Below are positions 17,895-24,813 of a DNA stretch of 32,000 bases, piece after piece (within the stretch, counting starts at the first letter, position 1; each line of letters begins with the position of its first letter). A model generated the notes under the pieces. It ran no database searches. It was not told where the DNA came from and saw only the letters and a list, made by a program, of their open reading frames with translations. The stretch comes from Candidatus Electrothrix sp. GW3-4 (GTDB lineage Bacteria > Desulfobacterota > Desulfobulbia > Desulfobulbales > Desulfobulbaceae): positions 1,890,001 to 1,922,000 of the forward strand of contig NZ_CP147990.1 in the NCBI RefSeq assembly GCF_037902255.1, written 5' to 3'. The position numbers and the translations under genes were made by a program.

Positions 17895-18016
17895 ACATAA
17901 CCAGTCGCTGCACCCGACCCGCTAACATCGGCGGAATTCGGATTGAAATTCAGGCTCCCGTCCCGCTTCGGGCATCGCGGTGATGCGGCGGCGGGCGCGT
18001 GAGCTTGGTGTTATAC
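17895..18016 (+). repeat. attC recombination site (attC-b, 122 nt)
   Basis: The layout is: R'' ACATAAC (17895-901), spacer CAGTC, L'' GCT(G)CAC (17907-13), stem CG(A)CCCGC / GCGGGCG, GC-rich branched centre (CCCG-cttc-GGG, GCATC-gcggt-GATGC), L' GTGAGC (17999-18004), spacer TTGGT, R' GTTATAC (18010-16). ACATAAC is the exact reverse complement of the preceding R' GTTATGT. Confidence 0.6.
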
Positions 18017-18026
18017 TGAATAAAAA

Positions 18027-18866
18027 ATGAATAATCACAAACCATTGTCATTTCAGTTGTCTACAAGTTCCTATGGCTATGTTAGGGCAATACCACTACT
18101 ACTTGCTAATGAGGTAAATTCTGAACTAGAACGTTGGTTTCAAAATTATAAATTATTATTCACTGCCATAAATAACCTAAAAGAAAGTGATTTCCAAAAA
18201 CATCTTCAACTTGAGTACACATATACTAGAAGAACCTTGCCTGTAAGAAAATATGATCAAATAGTTTCCGACGTAACAACTGAAAGCGATCTTCTCAACT
18301 ACCACCAACTCATTAAAATAATACATAAATATATTGAATTGTCTTACCGTATTTACAAATCACTCAAGGAAAAGAAAATAGGCACAAATATCACTGATTT
18401 TGAAAAACATATTGATCAAATTTGCTTGAAATTTCACAGGTCAAACTTCCCCAACAAACTCAACACCATATATGCAGACTTAAAACTGACTGATAATCTT
18501 GGGTATCTAGAGCAAATTAATAGAGTTAGAAATTGCTTGGAACATCGGTCTGGAATCGTATCGGAGAAAGACTGTGATGAAAATAAAAATTACATGTCAA
18601 TTAAATTTCGCTATCCTAAAATCTCAACTCCTTCTGGTGAATTCTCACCAACGTCTGACATAAAAGGAAAACAGAATCATTCAATAATATTCGAGGATGA
18701 AGTTATTAAATTTCGTTTAAATCAAAAAATCAATTTTGGTTTTGATGAAAACACTAAGCTATTGTTTTCGATAAACATTTGTTTCAAATATATCATTGAT
18801 GGCATTTACGACTTAATGAAAGTAGACCAAACTCAAACTGAAACCATAATAAGAGAAATAAAATAA
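18027..18866 (+). CDS. Hypothetical protein with a HEPN-like Rx4H motif (second putative RNase)
   Basis: 279-aa ORF that is the sole ORF of cassette 3. LEQINRVRNCLEHRSGIV contains R-N-x-L-x-H, the same spacing as in the cassette-1 protein. The flanks are helical and K/E/N-rich. I recognise no other family. Confidence 0.5.
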   Translation: MNNHKPLSFQLSTSSYGYVRAIPLLLANEVNSELERWFQNYKLLFTAINNLKESDFQKHLQLEYTYTRRTLPVRKYDQIVSDVTTESDLLNYHQLIKIIHKYIELSYRIYKSLKEKKIGTNITDFEKHIDQICLKFHRSNFPNKLNTIYADLKLTDNLGYLEQINRVRNCLEHRSGIVSEKDCDENKNYMSIKFRYPKISTPSGEFSPTSDIKGKQNHSIIFEDEVIKFRLNQKINFGFDENTKLLFSINICFKYIIDGIYDLMKVDQTQTETIIREIK

Positions 18867-18930
18867 GTATAACCAGCCAATAAACGCGGACCCGCAAACA
18901 GCGCGCGGGCCGGTTATCGCAACGTTAGGG
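18867..18930 (+). repeat. attC recombination site (attC-c, 64 nt)
   Basis: The site starts directly after the stop codon. The layout is: R'' GTATAAC (18867-73), spacer CAGCC, L'' ATAA(A)C, stem CGG(A)CCCGC (18887-95) / GCGGGCCG (18905-12), L' GTTAT, R' GTTAGGG (18924-30). GTATAAC is the exact reverse complement of the preceding R' GTTATAC. Confidence 0.6.
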
Positions 18931-19107
18931 GCGGCAGGAATTCCTGTGGGTGCATCCGCAGTTTGAGACGGAGTATTGATGCTACATGCTATGCAGAGAT
19001 GCAGAATGATAAACTGAAAAAAAAGCACTACCTGCTGCGCGGACAAAAATATTTCTGATTATCTTAAAAACCCTCATAACCCACTCAAAGTATACAACAC
19101 CAATAAT

Positions 19108-20190
19108 ATGGAGACCATCTGTACAGAGAGACTCGGCATTGCCGAATACAAGCAGCTTATCAAGCAGGTCTATGCGGGCAATCCCAGTTTCCGCGACTCC
19201 CTGAGTAGTATTCTGACCATCGTCAATAATCCCAAAGGAACCTTTGCCAAGCGCACTCAACAACAGGCCGTTGTAGTGAAGGATGAGAACGGTGCTCCGC
19301 TAGCCTCTGCCCTGCTCCTCCAGGCAAAAGAGATGCCTGACCAGCTCCAGCTCTGTTTTTTCGAGGCCCTCCCCAGTGCCCAAGAAGCTGTTCAGGCCCT
19401 GGTAGAAAAGGCCTCCTCCATTGCCCAACAATGGAAAGCAAATAATCTGCTGGTGAGCATGAACGGGCATGTCAATTATGGTTTAGGTTTTCTTGCAGAC
19501 AGCTTTGACGAAATGCCCTGCTTTGGTTCGGCCTATACCCCACCTTATTATCTCGATTATTTTCGATCTCTGGACTTTAACGAGCAGCAGCTTGTCTCCT
19601 ATCGCTACCCCATGTCCTCCTTTGTTGATCAGCAGGAAAAAAGGATCCTGAAGCGGACCAAAAAACGTTTTAACATTCGCAAAGCGGATTTTTCCCGCCT
19701 CAAGGAAGAAATCAGTATCTACACCCGGCTCAACAATGAATGCTTTGCTGACCACCCCATCTATTTCCATCGTTTTGACGATGAAGATTACGAGCTGTTT
19801 CACCCCTTCCGCTGGTTCCTGCGAGAAGAAAATTTACTTATTGCTGAGCACGGTGGAATACCAGTGGGGTTCCTGCTCTGGTATCCTGATTTTAACGAAC
19901 TGATCGGGCCAGGCCAGGAGCTGGGTGTACAGGCCCTGCTGCAATATAAGCTGCTCCGGCGGCCCATCAAACGCTTCAAGCTCGTGGAAATAGGGGTCTT
20001 GCCAAAATTCCAAGGAAGTTCGGTAATCCTTGGCCTCTTTCATGCCTGTTTTGAGTTGACCCGACATTGCTTTCAGGAATGCGAGTCTGGCTGGATTTTC
20101 TCGGAAAATTCCAAATCAAAAAATATCTGTAAGCGCTGGAATCCCGAGATCGGTCCCACCTATTCTGTCTTCACCCTTTCTCTGCGATGA
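19108..20190 (+). CDS. GNAT-superfamily acyltransferase-like protein
   Basis: 360-aa ORF. The C-terminal VEIGVLPKFQGSSVILGLFHACF…SGWIFSENSKSKN resembles GNAT motif A (Q/R-x-x-G-x-G/A) and the common WILE-x-N tail. The stop overlaps the next start (ATGA at 20187-20190). Confidence 0.55.
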   Translation: METICTERLGIAEYKQLIKQVYAGNPSFRDSLSSILTIVNNPKGTFAKRTQQQAVVVKDENGAPLASALLLQAKEMPDQLQLCFFEALPSAQEAVQALVEKASSIAQQWKANNLLVSMNGHVNYGLGFLADSFDEMPCFGSAYTPPYYLDYFRSLDFNEQQLVSYRYPMSSFVDQQEKRILKRTKKRFNIRKADFSRLKEEISIYTRLNNECFADHPIYFHRFDDEDYELFHPFRWFLREENLLIAEHGGIPVGFLLWYPDFNELIGPGQELGVQALLQYKLLRRPIKRFKLVEIGVLPKFQGSSVILGLFHACFELTRHCFQECESGWIFSENSKSKNICKRWNPEIGPTYSVFTLSLR

Positions 20191-21198
20191 GCATCTCTGG
20201 CTTTTCGGTTTTCTCCACTGCCCAAGACCTGCCTGCAAGCTGGGACAAGGCCTGCGATGACAATCCCTTTCTTTGCCGATCCGTGCTCATAATCCTGGAA
20301 CAGGTTAATCCCACAGGACAACGCTATTACCTGCTTGAAAAAAGAGAAGAAGCCTCTCTCTTCATGACCTACCAACATCGGCTGGATATCTTCACCTACG
20401 GTCCTGGCAGCCTGCGTCTTCCTGTGACTATCCTGGGAGTTCCCTGCTCGGTTTCCTGGCCAGGTCTACAGATTCAAGAACAGGACAGAGAGGCATTCCA
20501 ACAGGCTTTGCAAGAAATCCCCGGAGCCGTGCTCATCCTTAACGACAAAGCCCCCCCTCCCCTCTTCATCAAGCTATGCTCAGGGGCTCACCCTGCCCAA
20601 CTGCGAGCTGGATATCCAAGGGCTTAATTTTTCCGCTTATCTTGACAAAATGCGCAGCCATTACCGCTATAAACTCCGCTCTTCAATGAAACGCTTTCAA
20701 GGGGTAACAACCAAGATCCTTCAGGACAACAGGGAGTTTAACAGCCAGCTCTACCAACTTTATGAACAGGTGTATGAGCGCTCGGAATTCAAGCTGGAAA
20801 AACTGCCCCTGAGTTTTTTCCAGGATTTTCCGGCGACCATCTCTGTTTTCTCAACAGAGGATCAAGTACTTGGCTTTACCCAAACCATGTTCAGCAATCA
20901 AGGGGGCAAGAAAGAGCAGATCTTTCTCTTTGGCGGCCTGGATTATGCATTGAACAAAGAGTTTCACACCTATATCAACCTGCTCCTCCATGTCGTGAGA
21001 ACAGGGATGGGACAAGGAGCTGACCGGATTAATATGGGCCAGACCGCCGAGGATGTGAAGACCAGATTGGGATGCACTCTGCATCGCCGTTATCTCTATG
21101 CTCGTCACGCAAACCCGGTGATTCATTTCCTGGTTCGCCGAGGAATTGGCTTACTCAGCTATACAGCACCGCTTGCAGAACGGCATGTTTTCCGGTAA
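20187..21198 (+). CDS. FemAB-like / DUF482-type GNAT acyltransferase, interrupted by an apparent single-base frameshift (track ORFs 20187..20627 and 20650..21198)
   Basis: The downstream frame is open from 20428 and reads …YAQGLTLPNCELDIQGLNFSAYLDKMRSHYRYKLR across the first ORF's stop. The total length is 1012 nt, which is 3n+1. Removing one C from the C7 run (20551-20557) gives a continuous 336-aa protein. Confidence 0.6.
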
Positions 21199-22510
21199 GA
21201 CCGCCCGGATCCTGCTGGTACGTCCCCAATATAACACTGGCCTGAGCCGATTTGCCTCCATCAGCACGGAGCCGCTGGAGCTTGAATATTTGGCCACAGC
21301 AGTGACGGAGCAAGGGCATCATTATCGGGTCTGGGATAGCCAGTTTGATGGTTCCTTTGCCCGAGTGTGCAGATCCTATCAGCCAGATATGGTGGTTATT
21401 ACCGGCTATTATCCGGCCCGTGATGAAATGCTGGCCTCTGCCCGCAGGGCAAGGCAGATCTGTCCGGAAACGATTATTATCGTCGGTGGGGTACATGCCG
21501 AACTCAATCAGGAAAATTTCTATTATCCTGCGGTAAATCTTATCGTTTATTCAGGTGGAGCATTGACCTTTCAGGAAATCCTTGCTAAGGAACGAGCTGA
21601 TTGGCCAAACCTTGCTGGTATATCATGGCAGGATGAGCAAGGCCGATGGCAAAAAAATCCAAGGGCTAGCTTTAACCCTAAAAATCTTCCCCTGCCGGAT
21701 CGCAGCTATTTTACCAAACATAAAGAGCGGTTCACCTGGCTCTACCACGGTCCAACAGCTCTGGTCAAGACAGGCTTTGGTTGTCCCTATAACTGCTCTT
21801 TCTGTTACTGCCGCCTGCTCAACAACGGAACCTACCAAGCACGGGATGTGGAAGATGTGGTTACGGAAATCGAAAAAATCGACTGTCCGGTTATATGGCT
21901 GATTGACGATACCTTTCTCCTTGATATCCAGCGGCTGCGTTGTTTTGCTGCTGAGCTCGTTCGCCAGAAAATAAAGCGAAAATTTATTCTTTACGGGCGG
22001 GCTGATTTTATCAGCGAACACCCTGAAGTACTGCCCATGCTCCAGGAGATGGGAGTCATTGAGGTTATTGTTGGCTTGGAAGCTATTGACGACAAGGGCC
22101 TTCGGGAGTTTAATAAACAGGTTAACGCGAAGCAGAATCGACGCTGCGTGTCCCTGCTCAGACAATATGATATCGGCTGTGTGGGCCTGTTTATCATGGA
22201 TCAACAGGCAAGGGCTGCAGATTTTCGTAGGCTCGATTGCTGGATACAAGAGGTTGGATTAACGACGTACACGATTTCCGTGTTCAGCCCCTTTCCTGGT
22301 ACTGAGGAGTACCCTTCCCTGGTCGATCAACTCCTCACCACCGACTGCCGAAAATGGGATCTCCTGCACCTGGTGCTGCCAACGAGCCACCTCACCCGCC
22401 TCGGATTTATGGGGAGGATCTGGTGGCTCCACTGCAAACTGCTCTGGCGTAACCGCAAACTGCGTCGGCACCTGCTGACCACGGCTTTGACATATTGGAA
22501 AAAAGAATGA
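21185..22510 (+). CDS. B12-binding domain / radical SAM protein
   Basis: The N-terminal cobalamin-binding-like domain has RILLVRPQYN…EPLELEYLATAV…VVITGYY…IIVGGVHAE. The radical SAM cluster motif is GCPYNCSFCYC (CxxxCxxC). I prefer ATG 21185, which overlaps the upstream stop by 14 nt, over 21146. Confidence 0.85.
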   Translation: MFSGKTARILLVRPQYNTGLSRFASISTEPLELEYLATAVTEQGHHYRVWDSQFDGSFARVCRSYQPDMVVITGYYPARDEMLASARRARQICPETIIIVGGVHAELNQENFYYPAVNLIVYSGGALTFQEILAKERADWPNLAGISWQDEQGRWQKNPRASFNPKNLPLPDRSYFTKHKERFTWLYHGPTALVKTGFGCPYNCSFCYCRLLNNGTYQARDVEDVVTEIEKIDCPVIWLIDDTFLLDIQRLRCFAAELVRQKIKRKFILYGRADFISEHPEVLPMLQEMGVIEVIVGLEAIDDKGLREFNKQVNAKQNRRCVSLLRQYDIGCVGLFIMDQQARAADFRRLDCWIQEVGLTTYTISVFSPFPGTEEYPSLVDQLLTTDCRKWDLLHLVLPTSHLTRLGFMGRIWWLHCKLLWRNRKLRRHLLTTALTYWKKE

Positions 22511-23148
22511 ACCGACAAGGTATTTGGGATTTTTGGGCAAAATATTATGATCGTCTCTTGTTGCAACGGGTTTCTCTGCAACCCACCCGGGCCTTAGTCT
22601 GTAAAAAAATTTTGGCTGTTATGAAAAAAAAGGAGACAACTCAAGAAACATCCCCTGTGGAGATCCTTGACATGGGTTGCGGAACCGGTCAGCTGTATGG
22701 AGATCTCGTCCAGACCTTAGGAGAAGGGAATTTTCACTACCTTGGCGTTGACCCCTCTGGGGGAATGCTGGAGCAGGCTGTGGAAAAATTTCCTGAAGCA
22801 TCCTTTTTCCAAAGTGATGTCATGGACGTTATACCTGATCAAGAAGCCTTTGACCTGATCGTGTGCAGCCACTCTTTCCCGTATTATCCTGACGGGCAAG
22901 GTGCCCTGCAAAAAATGGCCAGCATGCTCAAGCCGGGTGGACACTTGCTTCTTTCCCAGGCCTGCACCAATAATATATATGATGCCATCATGCTTAAGCT
23001 AACCGGCCTGACCACCTCAACGGCTGTCTATCGATCCTCGCAACAGATGACAGAGCTAGGGAGCGTCCCCTTTCGCGAATTGAAGATGTTTCGGATTTCA
23101 GAAAAGTTTTTCGTACCCTCGCTGTGGCTCTTTCAGTGGGTGAAATAA
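22507..23148 (+). CDS. Class I SAM-dependent methyltransferase
   Basis: [11 protein letters not shown] (motif I) and [11 protein letters not shown] are present. ATG 22507 forms an ATGA overlap with the radical SAM stop (22508-22510). The track start at 22495 is the alternative. Confidence 0.8.
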   Translation: MNRQGIWDFWAKYYDRLLLQRVSLQPTRALVCKKILAVMKKKETTQETSPVEILDMGCGTGQLYGDLVQTLGEGNFHYLGVDPSGGMLEQAVEKFPEASFFQSDVMDVIPDQEAFDLIVCSHSFPYYPDGQGALQKMASMLKPGGHLLLSQACTNNIYDAIMLKLTGLTTSTAVYRSSQQMTELGSVPFRELKMFRISEKFFVPSLWLFQWVK

Positions 23149-23149
23149 G

Positions 23150-23605
23150 ATGAAAATATGGGTAGATGCCGACGCATGTCCTGTTGTCATTAAAGAAGTG
23201 TTGTACAAGGCAGCAGAACGAACACAAATCCAACTGATCTTGGTGGCGAACACCTCTTTTCGGATACCTCGATCCCCATTAATTCATTTCATTCATGTCC
23301 GCAAGGGGTTGGATATCGCAGATAATGAAATAGCCAACAACGTTGAGCAAGACGATCTCGTCATTACAGCGGATATCCCCTTAGCTGCCCGAGTTGTGGA
23401 AAAAGGAGGACTTGCGCTCAATCCCAGGGGGGAGGTCTATACGGAAGAAAATATACGGGAGAGGTTAAGCACGAGAGATTTCTTAGATGATTTACGATCC
23501 AGCGGCATAGAAACCGGTGGCCCAGCTGCATTCAATGCCCGTGACAAACAGACCTTTGCAAACAGGTTAGACCAAATTCTAACAAGATACAAAAACAAGG
23601 CATGA
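23150..23605 (+). CDS. yaiI: YaiI/YqxD-family protein (UPF0178 / DUF188)
   Basis: 151-aa ORF. The N-terminus [24 protein letters not shown] and the protein size are characteristic of UPF0178. It starts 2 nt after the methyltransferase stop. Confidence 0.8.
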   Translation: MKIWVDADACPVVIKEVLYKAAERTQIQLILVANTSFRIPRSPLIHFIHVRKGLDIADNEIANNVEQDDLVITADIPLAARVVEKGGLALNPRGEVYTEENIRERLSTRDFLDDLRSSGIETGGPAAFNARDKQTFANRLDQILTRYKNKA

Positions 23606-23695
23606 ACAACGGGAAAAGTGGTCGATGAAACCGGCCAAGCTGATCTTTCATGTTTTGTTGTCTCGGCCCGGAGGACCGAGATGAAAATTTGTCTC

Positions 23696-24742
23696 TCAGA
23701 CAATCCACTCCTGAAAGACCTCATCAGCAAGGACCTTAGCCTGTAGCATATGTTGTACTTCCCCTTCCTGAAAAAACACCTCACCCGGTGGAAATTTTCC
23801 CTGTATCTTTCTTCCGTATCGAATAACCAGCCCTGTCACCGCACCAAGTATTTTTTCGCGCTCCTCTGAATGAGAAATCAGGGTGCAGCCCCGGCGGAGC
23901 AAGGCCGCAGGCCCTGGGCGTTCCGGCATATAGAGCAGCCAATCATCTTGCTCGCAGAGTTCCTGCAGACGATCATTCTCCTGTTCATTCCTGCCCAGGA
24001 CCAGCCAATGCCCGCCAGGCAGACGAAACTGACGCCCCAGCAGGAGGAGCTGGATATCCGAGGTGGTGATTTCCTCCTTGCCGATCAAAAAAAGCCCCTC
24101 ATAAAAACGACGGATTCGGGCCGCAAGATTCGGATCTGTGAGCACACAGCCACCAGCTGGCGCAGGAAAATCAGTAATGCCCAGTTCACGGGCCAAGGCG
24201 ATCTGCGGCTTCCGTCCTCGACCAGAAAATGTATACAAGCGCTCACGATCCACCAGGCCTTGCTGCTCCGGCAGACTGGGATTCATCAGCTGGGCCGATA
24301 AGGGACGGATGAGGATATCGCGACACTCGGCATCCCGCTCAATCAGGTTAAGGGTATCTCGTCGCTGTGACATGGGGCGTTGGCCCAGGACCTCGCCAGT
24401 GATGAGAAACGAGGCCCCGTATTTTTTCATCAACTCCTTGGCCTTGCGGAGCATCATAATCTTGCAATCAATGCAGGGATTGAAATTCTTGCCAAACCCG
24501 TGTGAGGGGTTGCGTAGCAGCTCAATATAGCCTGCACTCAAGTCAACCAGTTCCACATCCAGGCCATATTTTTCTTTGACCTCCTGCTGATAGGCCTCTT
24601 CCCGGTCCAGTAAATCGTGATCAAAAAAAGGAGTGACAAATTTTAAGGCCCAAACCCGGATGCCCTGCTCGGCAATAACCCGGCAGGCAAGGATGGAGTC
24701 CAGACCGCCGGAGAAAAGGCCAATAGCTGTAACGTCTTGCAT
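23696..24742 (-). CDS. PP-loop ATP-pyrophosphatase family protein (ThiI/MnmA-like putative tRNA sulfurtransferase)
   Basis: 348-aa ORF with the PP-loop GLFSGGLDSILA at the N-terminus, followed by NPCIDCKIMM and ITGEVLGQRPMSQ. These motifs are typical of tRNA thiolation enzymes. Confidence 0.7.
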   Translation of the reverse strand: MQDVTAIGLFSGGLDSILACRVIAEQGIRVWALKFVTPFFDHDLLDREEAYQQEVKEKYGLDVELVDLSAGYIELLRNPSHGFGKNFNPCIDCKIMMLRKAKELMKKYGASFLITGEVLGQRPMSQRRDTLNLIERDAECRDILIRPLSAQLMNPSLPEQQGLVDRERLYTFSGRGRKPQIALARELGITDFPAPAGGCVLTDPNLAARIRRFYEGLFLIGKEEITTSDIQLLLLGRQFRLPGGHWLVLGRNEQENDRLQELCEQDDWLLYMPERPGPAALLRRGCTLISHSEEREKILGAVTGLVIRYGRKIQGKFPPGEVFFQEGEVQHMLQAKVLADEVFQEWIV

Positions 24743-24772
24743 GAATGATATGTGATGTTTCAGAGATGGGGA

Positions 24773-24800
24773 GTAAGGGCACGGCGCGCCGTGCCCCTAC
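24773..24800. repeat. GC-rich REP-like hairpin, same family as 11923-11984
   Basis: GGGCACGGCGCGCCGTGCCC (24777-24796) is a perfect 20-nt palindrome. On the minus strand the element reads GTAGGGGC-ACGG-cgcg-CCGT-GCCCTTAC. It lies between the recN stop and the PP-loop gene start and has no T-tract. Confidence 0.55.
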
Positions 24801-24813
24801 CACATCATGTTGT

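Larger units (their letters stand above)
14474..18930 (+). mobile_element. Integron-type gene-cassette array (3 cassettes, 3 attC sites) with no integrase gene in the window (CALIN-like)
   Basis: This is an AT-rich block; hand counts of sample lines give roughly 23-35% G+C, against about 50-60% in the flanks. All ORFs are on the + strand, and each is followed by an attC-like site. The cassette limits are 14475-15986, 15987-18010 and 18011-18924. Each cassette obeys the closure rule: R'' equals the reverse complement of G plus the cassette's first 6 nt. Confidence 0.7.

Noticed and set aside
18912-18918. Alternative R' (GTTATCG) for attC-c, pairing ATAACCAGCC with GGCCGGTTAT.
   Set aside because: It leaves no L boxes or unpaired spacer. 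The GTTAGGG core at 18924-30 gives the canonical R''-5-L''…L'-5-R' layout, parallel to the other two sites.
18986-19000. Exact 15-mer ATGCTATGCAGAGAT, also at 12226-12240. Both copies lie about 110-140 nt upstream of + strand genes.
   Set aside because: One exact 15-mer repeat is about what chance predicts for 32 kb. The flanks show no further similarity.
19078-19089. Inverted copy (ACCCACTCAAAG) of the TTGAGTGGG core of the 14077 direct repeat, near the right edge of the island.
   Set aside because: Only 9 contiguous matching bases, which is at chance level for this window. The attC-defined right boundary (18924/18930) is better supported.
23661-23681. Hairpin TCTCGGCCCGGAGGACCGAGA between the convergent yaiI and PP-loop genes, considered as a bidirectional terminator.
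   Set aside because: The stem is imperfect and there is no proper T-tract on either strand, so support is too weak to list as a feature.
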